64,000 nucleotides of DNA from Rhizophagus irregularis (taxonomy: Eukaryota). The stretch lies in NCBI RefSeq assembly GCF_026210795.1, contig NC_089430.1, forward strand, positions 3,472,001 through 3,536,000, written 5' to 3'. Made by a program: the position numbers and the translations under genes. This document shows positions 1 through 13,182 of this stretch, in pieces. The stretch's first letter is position 1. Each line of letters opens with the position of its first letter. The notes under the pieces are model-generated. The model saw only the letters and a program-made list of their open reading frames with translations, ran no database searches and was not told the DNA's origin.

Positions 1-32
1 TAGACCAGTATGATACTACCGAATCTAAATCA

Positions 33-1139
33 TTGGAGGATGATAGAGAGACGGATTCTTTCTTAGATGAGGTGCATAGGAAGAAGGTTAGTAATGAGAT
101 AAGGGAGAGAAAGCGGAAAATAAAACTTCAGCATGAATTAACTACCCAAGACTCATCCTCAGTTACTTCTGTCTCATCCTGTCCACCCACTAGTTCGTGT
201 TCAGGGAAAAATGTTGAGAAACTATGTTTGAAGGAGAGAGACAAACAGAACACTCCGTCACATCAAAAAATCCTCTATAGGGAAAAAGTGGAGCGAGGTT
301 TAAGGCAGGAACTATCATCTTTTTGCAGTAAGGACAGCGATGGTAGGGTGTTTGACATTCAGATTCCCGAATTCTCCTTAGAAGCGATTCTAACAGGATC
401 TAGTAAAATTACAGCACAAACCATAGTCGAACTATTTAATGTAGCAATGAAGGTCAGACATAAGGAGATACTATGCTGGTATTGTTACTATAAAGCGTAC
501 GAGGATCGAATTAGGGATTTTAAATCTACGAATAAGATTGACGACCAATCGGCAAGGACATTGGTATACAGCGAAATCAAATCCCTTCTTCCAGACATTA
601 CTGACGTGAACTTGCGTAAAATCACTTCTAGAGCTAAAAAGGTTTATGTATTATTCGAGGGGATAGGAATAGATAAAATTCAAGCAGTTACTTATAGCGC
701 AAGTGCTATTTCAAGTTTGATAGAAATTCAGATCCAAGGCATTATAAGTTGTTTTCCCAAGACTTATAAGTCTTCTACGGATGATACAGATGAATGCCAA
801 AAAATGATCAGCGTGACAAATCGTCACGCGCACGTGACTGAATCTTCTGAGGTAAGCGCATCAATGATTTCATCAGTCACACCTCAAGCAAGTAGGACTC
901 ATGACCGCACCTATTTTCGCAACAAGATATTGGATCAATATCCTAATCTATATAGAGAATGTAGTAGTGAAAATTTCGATTATTATGGAATTACTGATGA
1001 GACATCATGCGGAGTCTCGAGAGAGACCATCTGCCCATTATGCAAATTAGGTCATAATGATGAAGAAATAGAAGGTAGGTATAAAGCCGGATCTTACTTT
1101 ATTAAGTGTGAACAGCATGAAATTGAGATAACTGCATAG
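33..1139 (+). CDS. Uncharacterised protein, possibly 5'-partial; helical domain plus C-terminal Cys/His motif
   Basis: 368-codon intronless ORF. Contains a WYCYYKAYEDR...ARTLVYSEIK...RAKKVYVLFEGIG block and a C-terminal CPLC..H...C..H motif. Confidence 0.6.
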   Translation: MEDDRETDSFLDEVHRKKVSNEIRERKRKIKLQHELTTQDSSSVTSVSSCPPTSSCSGKNVEKLCLKERDKQNTPSHQKILYREKVERGLRQELSSFCSKDSDGRVFDIQIPEFSLEAILTGSSKITAQTIVELFNVAMKVRHKEILCWYCYYKAYEDRIRDFKSTNKIDDQSARTLVYSEIKSLLPDITDVNLRKITSRAKKVYVLFEGIGIDKIQAVTYSASAISSLIEIQIQGIISCFPKTYKSSTDDTDECQKMISVTNRHAHVTESSEVSASMISSVTPQASRTHDRTYFRNKILDQYPNLYRECSSENFDYYGITDETSCGVSRETICPLCKLGHNDEEIEGRYKAGSYFIKCEQHEIEITA

Positions 1140-1314
1140 TCTTACCCCCTCAATCAAAGATTTCGGGGTGGGAGAAAAGTGATATATTTCTTACTTGCAG
1201 GCTCGCAGGCTCGCAGGCTCCGTATAACAGATAGGTTTTTTTTTCTCACCCTGCAGTTCGAAGAATAAAGGGGCGGGGATTTAAATTGATCTGTGATCAT
1301 AGAAAAAAGGAAAC

Positions 1315-1866
1315 ATGAGCGAATCCAATAAAATATTAACTCCCGAATACCTAGATTGGCATGCCAAATTAAGTGGGCTACCAAGCGTTTTGACAGATAA
1401 AATTCGCTTCAAATTTTACAAAAGATATAAAAAAGAAACTGGATGTGAGCCATGGCAATTATCAGAAGATCGCCTTCTCATAAATTCGAAACCAGAAAAC
1501 AAAGTATCCTATTTAACTTCTCCTGAGCAATGTGAAGAAAAAGGGCCCATCACTTTCGAAGCCAGACCCGATCCAAAATTAATTATTAAGTCCGTCTTAA
1601 AGCACTTCCCATACTTGAAATTCGGAAATAGTTTCAGAGGGATTGATAATTATGATTTTACATCACCTCAGCCGTGGAGCTCACCATGTCCTATTTGCGA
1701 TGGAAAACATGGGAATTATGGATTACATGGCTCATGGTACTGCGAAAATGGGAATCAGTTCCCTTATGATCCTGAATTAGCGAAGTTGTATTTCCAGGAT
1801 AAGTTGGAATATTGTCTTACCTGCAATACTTCAAGCAATAAACTAAAGTTCGCAATTGTACTGTAG
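1315..1866 (+). CDS. Uncharacterised protein with CPIC..H zinc-binding-like motif
   Basis: 183-aa ORF. Its C-terminal part (YPYL..D.YD...CPICDGKH) resembles the C-terminus of the upstream ORF (YPNL..DYY...CPLCKLGH). Confidence 0.55.
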   Translation: MSESNKILTPEYLDWHAKLSGLPSVLTDKIRFKFYKRYKKETGCEPWQLSEDRLLINSKPENKVSYLTSPEQCEEKGPITFEARPDPKLIIKSVLKHFPYLKFGNSFRGIDNYDFTSPQPWSSPCPICDGKHGNYGLHGSWYCENGNQFPYDPELAKLYFQDKLEYCLTCNTSSNKLKFAIVL

Positions 1867-2027
1867 CATAGGACAAAAACAGATCATGTGAAATCAATCA
1901 CCCGAAAAAATGTACTCATTGCCATGATAAATGCACTGCTGAAATAATAGGACTGTGCAAATTCCAAGGTAAATGAAATTTTGGTCATATGAGAATTTTT
2001 TTTTTATTATATTAATATTTATATATC

Positions 2028-2252
2028 ATGCCGAATCTCTTAACAAACAATCAGGATAGTACAGCTTATAAAGAGCTGGAAGGCGCTTTGCTAAGGCAGA
2101 ACTACTTTGAAAAATGGCATATATTTAGGGGATGGAAGCATGGATGTAAGGTTTGTGAGGAATGTGATCATCACTCACATCTGTATTGCAAAAGGTGTAA
2201 GAAGGTGGCGGAAGGAATTTATAAGCGATGTGAATGTCCTCAAGTAATTTGA
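2028..2252 (+). CDS. Small Cys/His-rich protein, putative zinc binder
   Basis: 74 aa with CKVC-EEC-DHHSH-CKRC-CEC; the ATG follows a T-run/AT-rich leader. Confidence 0.4.
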   Translation: MPNLLTNNQDSTAYKELEGALLRQNYFEKWHIFRGWKHGCKVCEECDHHSHLYCKRCKKVAEGIYKRCECPQVI

Positions 2253-4115
2253 TCAATAAAGTAATGGTGCAAATTTACTAGACATTTTATAATTTTTTCG
2301 CATGGAATGAGTGATAGGATTGTGTGAAGCAAAGTGCGTACTATTATTTGTTTGATCAAGTATATTGTAGCTTGATAAATAAATACGCAGTAATATTATA
2401 GTAATTATTACATGTATGATGTATCACAGGAACAAGTAATTGTGCATTCTCAAACTTTCTCGCACATTCTCAAAATTATGTATAGCCCCTTGATGATCTT
2501 TACATATGGATTATGGATAGCGTTAAATTCTTTATTGTTAGATTTAAGGAGAAGCCGTTGATCAGATTTTCATGATGTGTTCATATTAACGTAATTTTCC
2601 CCAAAAGCGTATTCCAAGATCGATCCTGCAAATTGTATAAAAAGGTGATGTCCTGGCTAGTGAATCCTTTTATCTGCCTCATGCAAGTAAAATAAAAATC
2701 AAGCAAAAAAATTCAAATCAATCAAGCTTACCATTATTAAAATCATTGATATTAACAATCAAACGAACTTGCATTTTCCACAAAGTCATAATAAAGTAAG
2801 TTAGTTTATTGCTTGGCTAGCTTCTTAAAACATGTCATCACAATGTTAATCGATTTTCCCGCCTCTATAGATGTTCCAAAATAAAACGGACATATTACTC
2901 TTCTTGTTATGTATCGGCATTTTGATCTTCGCCGAGAAAATCACTGACCATAATCACGCGTACAACTGGAGCAGTATCACAAAAATAAATCCCCGTGATG
3001 GGATATTATCTTATCTAATCAATTACATGTGCATCATCGACGCAGTAAAATTAAGCATCTTCACGTGCCGAATTCTTGATACTTGACGCAGTATATACTG
3101 ACGATAAAAAAATCGAATTACCTTTATTGTAATGTATTAAGCAACAAATTTCAGGCGGAATGGAATGTTATGAAAATGAATCGTAGTGGTGAGTATGAAT
3201 CGGAAATACGTCTGCATTGATTATTTTTTATATCTCATTGCTAATCTTCGAATTCTTTCTATAGAATCGAAATTACTTCCTCTCAGAAAACTTCTCTTGT
3301 GGGAAATATTATTTTACATAGTCTGTGCAGGTGGTAGTGATATAGATAGGCGTAGATATGGGTGGGATAATATATTTAGAAAATCTAGAATAGTAAAAGA
3401 GCGTGGGGTGAGAATCTTGCAGTTAGCTATATTGATAGAAATAAATTAGTTATATTTTTGAGAGCAAAGAAAAACTTGATGCTGGGACTCGCACTAAATG
3501 GCCTAGGATCCGCGTACTCCCTCCCTCTTTGATAGCATCATACATTTCGCTTGCTACCTCCACTTTTTTATAAAGGAATCGAAAAATAAATCATTGTTTA
3601 TGTAGTTCTTTCATATGTAAATATGTATATCTTTGAACTCCGAAATATAACATCAGTAAAATCCAATGATGCATAAAAAAAGTATACAAAATCAATTAAT
3701 CAAATGATGTCATCCTCATAAGATATATAATAATTAGTATTCAAAAAAAATGTTTCTTAAACTTCTTTCTTAAAATTTTAATCAATGTCTTCTTCTTTCA
3801 TTGATAAAGAAAGTTTTACCGATATCATATCTATCATTCTCGTGATTTTTATCGCGTTCGTGGTCTGTGTGATTATTAAGATATCTGAATTTACTATTTG
3901 GATTATTACTTATCTAAGGCTTTCTTTTTGTCGCTTTTAGTTCTTTCCTATTACTTTCGTTCTTCTTTTGATCGCTATTACGTCATACATTGGATATAAT
4001 ATTAGTAAGGGGATTACTTATATCTTCAAGTCATTGGCTTGTTCACTTGTGTAACGTAAAGTCGTTAAAAACGGATTTCTCGTATTAAAAATTTTCATAC
4101 TCTATTCCAATAACC

Positions 4116-5044
4116 ATGGCGAACATGTCTAAAGTTTATTGCGAGAAAATAGATCTTGAAAACATAGACCTCAAGAAGGTTTATACCTTTGAAGAGTTCG
4201 AGTATATAAACAACCAACTTAAGACTCGCACTATACAACTTAACGGAAAACCAGTTAACCTCTTCGAATACAAAAACGGAAAGTTAATCCCAATGCCTCA
4301 GACTCCATACGCAAGAGAAAAGGTTGTTGCCGAGATTGTAAGACAGTTAGGCAACTGGAACTTCGAAACCCATCAAAATGGAGGCGTTACCTCTTCGCAA
4401 GGTGGCTTTGATTTTAATGTCGGGGGACAGAGAACAATTCGAGCACCCGACGTTTCTTTCACTCCAAAACAAACAGACCGCGGTTTGAACGCACTACAAA
4501 ATTGGACCTTCCAAGGTCAACCCTTCACCCCAATATTTGTTGTTGAGGTTGATTTTATTGAAAGTGAAGCACAATTCCAAGTATTTGACGATAGATTCAG
4601 AAATGAAATTTTTGCACAGGGAACATCTGTGGAGTTAGGATTTCTAGTTAGCATCGGCCAAGATAATAACGGCCAACTGGCGGGAACTATCCATTCGTGG
4701 AGATGGTACGAAAATAGTAATGCTGTACGTCATTATGAACATGGATGGCGAAATATGGATACCAGGGTCGGCGGTCGAGAAATTCTTCCAGGCTTCGAAT
4801 TGAATGTTAGGATGATTGAAGAATCTATTTCGCAAGTATGTTGTGATGATTTACCATTGATTATTTTATTTTAATCTTATCACTTATTTATTTCATGAAA
4901 TGATTACAGCAAGATTCAGGTTCATCATCGTCGGATGATGATAATACTAGCTTTTCTTGTCCTAAATGTACGAAAACCTTTACTAATAATCACAGATTTA
5001 TGAAGCATTTTCAAATGGAACATGCACTTAAACGACGTACATGA
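4116..5044 (+). CDS. Uma2/DUF820 PD-(D/E)XK endonuclease-fold protein with C-terminal C2H2 zinc finger (exons 4116-4835, 4910-5044)
   Basis: Uma2-like motifs FEYKNGKLIPM, IRAPDVSF, PIFVVEV and ILPGFELN. GT-AG intron at 4836-4909. Exon 2 encodes CPKC...HFQMEH. Confidence 0.8.
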
Positions 5045-5649
5045 CGTACACAACAGATCTTAATGTTGCTAATTTTTTATGTGCAGTAATTTGATTATGT
5101 AATATTCATCTTGTAGAAATTTCGCATCATCTAACAACAATGCCATTTCTATTTTTCCATGTAATAAAAATAATAATAGTAGTTTTCACAAGCCATAGGC
5201 ATTATATAATTGCCCACTGATTTTTATTTTTCCGTAATGTGACTTATAATGCATATATATATTCGAATTTTTCCTTCTTTGCAATATACTGTATTAAATG
5301 CAGATCAATTAAGATCATATATATAGTACACACGTACACACACAATTCAACTACTGCGCCCAGCGGTCAGATTTTTCATTTTGGTGTATTAAAGTATAAA
5401 TAATAAAAAAAGGTTTGACCAGTGCCAGGGGAGCTAGGGTGATACCTGTGATACGATTACGTAATGCCATAAATCGAAATACCGCTGTAAATATAGCCAC
5501 TATATAAATCCCCGATATGCTTGTAATCGAATAAAAATGAATATGATATTTTATTATAATATACTTGCTATAAATTGCTATAAGTCTTTAAAACCGCTAT
5601 AAATTATCAAATTCACTATAAATTGCTACAAAGTCCCTATATCCGTAAA

Positions 5650-6819
5650 ATGGTTAAAACTAACTATTCTGGTTTAAATCCTGTAGTAGTGCAGGCGTTA
5701 AACAATCTGCAATATAGGTATAGTGGCGAAACACCAGAAATGTGGTGTTCTCGTGTTCGTTATCCTTTTAAGAAACTTCTTGAATATAACCCAAAATACT
5801 TTTCCAAGAATGGATTTATCCAAATGGTTGAAAGGGTATATATAGATGGGGAATTTAAAGCTGGGAGACGCTCATTTAATATTTATTGCACTGTATGTGA
5901 CTCCTTGGTGTTTATCCATGAAAATACTATTGAATGTGCAAATATTCACCTAAATGAGTGTATTGCTAAAACAGTCAAAAGGCGGATTGAATATTCTAAA
6001 CCTGTACAGAAAAATGTGAAAAAAAGAGGAGTGCCAAGCCGAAATAGTGTATTATCGCTTAGTTCTGACGAGATAGATGAGATTTATCGAACATATTGTT
6101 TTACATTAAGTAATTACTGGACTAAATATAGTTATCATTATTTACCTGAAGATAGGAAAAGGGTTGTAAATCATTTAATCGAAAGTGCAAAAGTTGTCCA
6201 ACGGGCTTGGAGGACTTTCAAGTTGAGACCTGAAACATGGGCGAAACGAGTTTGGAATATGGTGAGGAATGATGGTACTCCTGATGAGAAGAAGTTTCTA
6301 TCTCCTCGTGGTAAAAGAGATATTTATGATCCATATGTATGGTATATTGATCGAAAAATTCTAGCTAAAGATTTACCTGAATCTTTTCTGAATAATCTAT
6401 ATGATGGTCATATTCCACGCGAGTGGGCAGAAAAGAAGAGTGATCAGTTACATAATCGATTAGGTAATATAGCATATATAGTTGCTTTTATAGTATTACA
6501 TCAGCAAGGCTATAGAATCGTTACGTATGGTGATTGGTCTTATATGTTAAAGTGGCTATCGAATCCTGAATATTACCGTATTAATGAATATTATAACAAT
6601 GGCAACGTAAACTTTGTTAAAAGTTCAGAATATGCGCGTTATAGATGTAAAATAACAGGCAAACCATATCCATGTGATTCGCTAGAAATTGACTATTTTA
6701 AATCTGAATATGGTTTTACTATTGAGGGAAAGTTTAACATTATAGATTTCTCAGATTCAAATAATAATTGTGAATATGTGTGCCGAGTTTTTCGGGCCAT
6801 AGATTCTTTATCAAAATAA
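5650..6819 (+). CDS. Uncharacterised intronless protein with CxxC...H motif and IQ-like motif
   Basis: About 390-aa open frame with CTVC..C..H and AKVVQRAWRTF. Confidence 0.6.
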   Translation: MVKTNYSGLNPVVVQALNNLQYRYSGETPEMWCSRVRYPFKKLLEYNPKYFSKNGFIQMVERVYIDGEFKAGRRSFNIYCTVCDSLVFIHENTIECANIHLNECIAKTVKRRIEYSKPVQKNVKKRGVPSRNSVLSLSSDEIDEIYRTYCFTLSNYWTKYSYHYLPEDRKRVVNHLIESAKVVQRAWRTFKLRPETWAKRVWNMVRNDGTPDEKKFLSPRGKRDIYDPYVWYIDRKILAKDLPESFLNNLYDGHIPREWAEKKSDQLHNRLGNIAYIVAFIVLHQQGYRIVTYGDWSYMLKWLSNPEYYRINEYYNNGNVNFVKSSEYARYRCKITGKPYPCDSLEIDYFKSEYGFTIEGKFNIIDFSDSNNNCEYVCRVFRAIDSLSK

Positions 6820-7556
6820 TATAGTATTATATTTATGTATAATTATTAGCCAAAGACGCTTTACTTAATAATACAATAAATCATTTTTTTTACTTTCATT
6901 CGCTTACTCCACTACAATGTATGGGTGATCGCCTAGTGAAATGTATCACCTTCATAATTTATGTGAAATAAAAATTGTGATCTGCCTAATCTGGGTTAGA
7001 CCAGCCATGCGACAGAAAATAAACGTGTTTCTGATCCCGTTGAGTGGATATGATGTAATAAGTGATACTCTATGCTTGTGCGACGAAATAATTTTACACA
7101 CCCAAAAATATTTCGAATTTTTTCCCTAGCAACGTTTAGTGGAATAGCATTTATTTGTGAGTTTATTTCTCCAGAGCTACAGGCTATTTCTACTATATGG
7201 GGTTCACTAATTTCGACAGAAATACATTATATAACGTTGCCAGGTCTTAGTATTAAGCGGTCAGGCGAAAAAAAAAAGTTCGTATATGCATATTCCCCAA
7301 CGCCTTTGCAATGTTGAGATCTACAATGCACATTCCGCATGTCTTACTCTTAAACATAAAATTTTGGCGTAAAGTGCCTCGCATATTTCTTCTATCTCTC
7401 CAAACATGAATGTGAGTTAGAGAGGACGTGAATGGGAAATGCAAGACATTTAAAAAGGCAGTATGGCGAAAAGGTATTAAAATTTACCATATATTGTTTT
7501 TTTTACTTCGCCTAGCAAGCTTTTCACTAACAATTATCTTCTTATTTTATCTAAAC

Positions 7557-9456
7557 ATGGAAGAGTTCCTTTTAACCAGAGAACCCCTTGATATCGTCAG
7601 AATTTCTACGGCATTATTTGTACGAGTAGAGAAAGGTGAATGGACAGGCAACCTCGAAAAGGAGGTGGAGAACTTTGAAAATATTTTGCAAAAAGTTTTA
7701 GAGCGAGTCCCCTCGGAGGATGTTGAACGAAAAAAGAAGCTTCGAAATTTTGGTACCGGGAAAAAATTAGCTAAACGGGTAAGGCGATAAACTATTTTCA
7801 TGTATTTGAATATATGGATATTGTATTTACATACTTTTTTAGGTTTTCTAGTATAGTATAATCACTAGCGAAGAGACTGATGTCCGTTGTAATATTATTA
7901 CTTCCCACTCAGTAGTAACTAGTTTTATACTATATCTACATATCAAATATTTTGCCGGCACTTGAGACTTTATGAAAATGGAAACCTAATCTGATCCCGC
8001 GATGTAAAATGAAATTATTTTGTCAAACGAGTCTTGGAAACTAATTTTAAATATATTTTAGGTCACAACTGCATTCGAAGATCTATGTTCACTCTCAGAA
8101 ATGGAAGCGTTAGTAATCGATACAGAAGCCTGGTATGAAGATGCAAATACAAATTTACGATCTTTGAAGCGTGACGTTGGACGATGTATGACTGAGAGCG
8201 CTAGTTATGAGAAAACCATGTGGGAGAGAATAGAAACAGAACTTGAGGAAATAAATGTGGAGAATCTTGGATTCGATCATCCGATTTGTTCAGGTGTTCT
8301 AGATATCAAGTCAGAACCCTTTACAAATATGCCTACTTTGCTTCGATATTTTTAAGGAACCATTTCGAAAATATAAGTTAAAAGCGAATAATTACGATAT
8401 AATGGAAGCTTGTAAAGAATTTATCCAAAATGAAGAATCGAAAATTAACATAGACGAGGTTTTGGGTAATATTAATTATGGAGAATGGTTGGATAAGCCC
8501 GAAGAATTACAAGATCTAACAAAACGGATGTTAGAATCTATATAAGTCACTGGCGAGAAATTCTTGCCAAAATCTGTTTATATGATTTTTTACTTTGCTC
8601 ATTAACCAATAAATAATTATAGGCTCAAGGTTTGGAAATCGCCAAAATATGATGCATATATAAAGAAGGGGAAATCAATAAACGAAGGATCATATGTTTG
8701 TGAGGTGCTTGCGCCATTATTAAATATAGTGATGAGCGATTTACCAGGAAACCCGATAGCATGGGATATATGGTAGGCTTAGCTCAAAAAGTTTCATTAC
8801 TCCACTATCATATCTGCTATAATTAATGTTTTCTAAATTAAGGGGTGAAGAAGGGAGTTCAGCTAGTGCCATACGAAAAGGTTCTCGTAAAATTGCCCGA
8901 AGAGCCGATTATATGATGGTAGCCCAGTTCAGAAAAAATGCTGAACTTGAAATTGTTTATCTTGAGACCGGTAGACCTAATTCCAGTCAAGATAAGCGGG
9001 ATCGTGATCACAAAAAATTAATACGTTTTTCCAAAGATTCTATCGACACCACGAGGAACATAAAAAACCTTAAAAAGATATTTAACCAACCATCGAGGAG
9101 GCAGAATCTGACCATATTCACTATTAACATCGCAGGTACGAATAATTTACTTCTATTTTTTTATATATTCATAAATCATTTATATTCCGCTCGATCCATT
9201 TCTAGGCGATGTTATAGAACTTTATGCTATGCGAAAAGAATCAGGAATTTACAAGTACTGTTTAATAGAGGAGGCAACAATTCCGTTGCATATGACTTCC
9301 CCAAGTGCCGTATACCCGCTTATACATGCATTGATAACTCTGAGAACGGCCGTCGCATGTACGATTCACAAAATATTATATAGTTCTGACTCTGGGGATA
9401 GTGAGCATAGTTCTAGTGAAATGGTAGTAACGGTTACGACCCCCAAAAATTCATAG
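7557..9456 (+). pseudogene. Intron-containing restriction-endonuclease-fold (Crinkler/CR-REase-like) gene, disrupted
   Basis: Spliced fragments read ...YVCEVLAPLL..WDIW|GEEGSSASAIRK..RRADY..EIVYLETG..RDHKKL, a PD-(D/E)XK-like pattern. In-frame stop/frameshift near 8353. Confidence 0.55.
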
Positions 9457-9785
9457 AATAGAGATTTCATACATGTAATTTTTATTAAGTTATATTATTA
9501 ATAAAGCAGTGTATTAGATAATAAAAAAATTCTTGGCATTTTCCTCGAGAAACATCATTATGTCCCGGAAAATTTTCTTGGCAAAATTTCGGTGAACTCG
9601 GTTCGCCCAAAATCACTAACAATATAAAACTGTTAAGATCTTCTGGTGACCATTGATCACGTGATCTGAGCCTAAACCAATCCCTTACCAGATATGACGC
9701 AACCCGCGATATAGGCGTGTACCACTATAGTCTATAGATGAATTTTGCATGCAAACTTTTTTTGCGCAAACCTATATCTAATAAA

Positions 9786-10340
9786 ATGTTCCATTCTGAC
9801 TATAAACATATTATTGATAGACTACCTGAAAGTCTTGTCAAGAGAGCTTGCCAGAGACTCTTGCACCATTCTAAAGACCCTGTTCCATTAGAATCTATTT
9901 CCAAGAAGTCTGAACGAATTGAATCTTATTTGAGGCGCATATTAGAGGTTTATGAGAATTCGTTAAATAAGAAGAAACGTAAAACTATGACTCATGAAAT
10001 AAAAAATATTGCGCCCTCGAAGCTGGCCAGAATGTAATGTATCCCCAGCATTACCGACTATACATGTTGTAGATAATTGGTCCTAAACCAATGATATTAC
10101 TTGGCCAGAGGCACTAAAGCATGATTATGAAGAAGAGAATAATCGCCGGGTTATGAATGAGCTTAAAGTACTATCCCAGCACCTGATCGATTATAATAAA
10201 CGAACTTTTGAGAAATTTATGCATGACATAGAAAAGGAATATAGAGAGTGGATTACTGCAAATAAGAAAATGCACTATGAGATCAAAGATCTGAAGATGC
10301 AAGTGCTGGAGGCAGAAAAAGGAGCTGGCATCTATGAAGT
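9786..10340 (+). pseudogene. Disrupted coiled-coil ORF upstream of gag
   Basis: ORF fragments 9786-10037 and 10153-10340 are separated by a frameshift/stop; helical, charged composition. Confidence 0.45.
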
Positions 10341-10482
10341 CGAATTCTATTCATTAATAGACTTGGCCAGAGGATTTTTCCTTGTATTTCTGCAAAGTAA
10401 GATCCTGGTCAAGATTATGCGCTTTCTGAGGATCAATATAAATCAAAGGTTCTCCCATTCTCTTTTATAATCACAAAAAAGA

Positions 10483-13182
10483 ATGGCATTTCGGAGGCCC
10501 CATCCAAGGCAGAGAAGAACATGTGAAGAATATAAAGCTGAATCCTGAGGAGATAACTACCATCTTTGTAGTGAATTGCAAGCAGAAGTTGATAGTAACT
10601 GCCAAAATGAAAAGCAGATCAGGGAGCTAGTACGTGAATGTGTCCGTTGTGGCAAATCCAAACTCTTAATGGTGAGATAGAACGTCTTGAGAATGCTTCG
10701 AAAGAGGAGATAGTAGAGCTAAAATCCGAAATTTCCAGCCTAAAAAAGCAACTATATCAAGCTAAGAAGGATATTCGTGATAATGAAAAACATATTTCTA
10801 GTATAGAGAGTCTGTTAGTAGATTCTGAGGAGCAGGTAGAGAAATTGCGATGCCAGATCAGAACCATCTCATCACGAAAAAATTTGCCAGAACGAGGGAA
10901 TTCTCCAGACTTGTATAATCCTAATATTAACTTAGAAATGGCTAAGGTTGCTTGTCTAAACCTCTTCAAAATCCTACGATTAGTTTCGTCAAAATTTTAC
11001 TATAGATTTATTATAGTTTCGGCAGAGTTTCGGCAGTTTCGGCATTTATAATAAGTTTCGGCAGTTTCGCCTTTCTCCAAAGTTTCGCCAGTTTTTTAAT
11101 ATAACTTTAATATAGTTTCGGCAGAATTTCGCTTTTCGGCGAAACGCCATCTTGCCTAAACCCCTAGGTTTCGGCAAGCAACCTTAGAAATGGCTACCAT
11201 CACGGAGCTAGCAAATGCTATAGATGGTTATCTGAATAATACAACAATAGGTAGAGAAATCTTAGCTGATCAAATAAAAAGGGCGACAAGGCAGATTCGC
11301 CGAAAAGAGAATAATTGGCATCAGGATTTAGTCCGTGAGCAACGAAGGCGATATGATGCAGAGGCTGAGCGTGATAATGAAATTATACGAAGGCAAAATG
11401 CTGAAGGAGTGGAACAAATGGTTATTGCTGACCTTTATCAGTTGCGGACCAATGCTCAAAATCAAGTAAATAGAATGTTAGACAATATAACAGGAAAGCG
11501 AACCCGTATTGGTATATTGCTACAGGAAAAATTTGCCTTACAATTGCTGTATCAGCGAAATGCCCATCACTTACAGCGAAGTAGAGGGAATATAGGTCTG
11601 TTAGAATTTAATCGTGACAGGCTCTATGAGCGATACGAGAAATGGAAAAATAAGACCCAAGCAGAGCGACAGAATAATTTAAATTTGTAAGGACAAATTT
11701 TGGCGCTTCAGAATAATCCACCTAATCAAGTAAACATGGCAGGAATATCTCATCCATATTTTGACTGGGATGATAGTATCCCAGACTTTCTTGCGCAACT
11801 TAGACTAGACTTGCAAAATCGGGGAATAGATCCAGCAGGTGCAGGGGGCAATGGAAGAGCTCAGGCACTAGGACATTTAAGAGCATGTATGAGGGAAGAA
11901 CCTTAGAATGGTTTGATGAAGAGATTACTACAAAGACAAATTGGGAATTAACTAATCTGACTGATGGTACAGGACAAGCCAATTTGGTAGCTGTAAACGG
12001 GCGTACAGCTATTCAGATCGGTGCTGATGGATTAAATGAGGCACTCGGACAACCTGGAAATGCAATAGTAAAATTAAGAGCTGTAGAAGGTCCATGGGAC
12101 GAGGACTGGCGCATAGCAGGAGGTCGTCCTACTAATCTTCCTGTTAATTTACCGAATGCTGGTAATGGAACTACAGTAGTTGTAGCTGGTATTCGATTTG
12201 GTCAAGCCGTATGGTGGCTAAAAACTCATTTTCCTACAGTAGAAGAGGAACTTCGGGATTTGATGTATGGAACAATCAGAAAGGGAGATACGACTATAGA
12301 TGAATTATATAGAAAAATATTACGAATAGGTAGACGAGCCAACTATAGACCTGAAGAATTACGTAGAAAGTTCTTAGATGCTTTACCACTTTTATGGCTT
12401 GAAAAAGCTGAAGATATTGGTGAACATTTGCCATTAGATGAATTAGCTAAAAAGCTTTATGAGATAGAATTACGCCGAATAGCTAGACATAAAAGAGATA
12501 GAATATCTGATCCGCTAGTATCTAATCGAACATCTTGGCAAATATATGAACCTTCACCTGTTTCAGCCTCACAACAGCATGGAATATCTTTAGAAGATAT
12601 GCAAAAAGCAATCCAGAATGCATTAGCACAGCAAAAAACTGAATACCAGTCTTTATTAGAAAAACAAAAAGCCGATTTCCAATCACAAATGGCCCAGCAA
12701 ACTAAAAAGATACCTCCACCAGTTCCTCCTAAAAATATGGAACAGCTTCTTTGATACATATGAAAGCGCTAATCCTTTCCCCGATACACTTACTAGGGAA
12801 GAAATAATGAGAGTGGTCGCAAAAGCTTATGGGCCACCTCCTAAACCGCAAAAGCCAGAAAAGTTGCAATCATCTAGAATCGATAGATTAGAGTCAAAAA
12901 TAGATGAAATTGGTCAAAGAATGACATAAGTTTGGTAGGATATCACTTAATGATCAATCTCGAAAGCCTTTTTATTGCAGTAATTGCGGACAGGAAGGGC
13001 ATAAGAAAAACAATTGCCCAAAGTTAAATCCTGTAGCTAAATCCAATTTTACTCAATGTTACTATCCTCAACTTCCATCTACACAGCCCCAATATACGCC
13101 TCCAGATTCAGATAATGAGGAAAATGGTTATGACAAAGTAGAAAATAGGTGGTATTATGCACCGGAAAAAAAAAACAGGTAA
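10483..13182 (+). pseudogene. Gag-like polyprotein: N-terminal coiled coil, Ty3/gypsy-type capsid-like region, CCHC zinc knuckle; disrupted by a MITE, stops and frameshifts
   Basis: FDWDDSIPDFLAQL..LRACM(RG)RTLEWFD and TIRKGDTTIDELYRKILRIGRRANY..LRRKFLDAL resemble retrotransposon Gag. CSNCGQEGHKKNNC (CX2CX4HX4C) at 12976-13017. TAA at 13180-13182. Start position approximate. Confidence 0.7.
10943..11186. mobile_element. hAT-type MITE (244 bp) inserted in gag
   Basis: TIR TAAGGTTGCTTG/CAAGCAACCTTA; perfect 8-bp TSD GAAATGGC at 10935-10942 and 11187-11194. Confidence 0.93.

Noticed and set aside
2871..3449. Short ORFs 2871-3086 and 3186-3449
   Set aside because: No motifs and composition typical of chance ORFs; cannot be supported as genes.
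5361..5424. Mini inverted repeat CAGCGGTCAGA/CACTGGTCAAA (CACTA-like)
   Set aside because: Too short and mismatched, with no convincing TSD.
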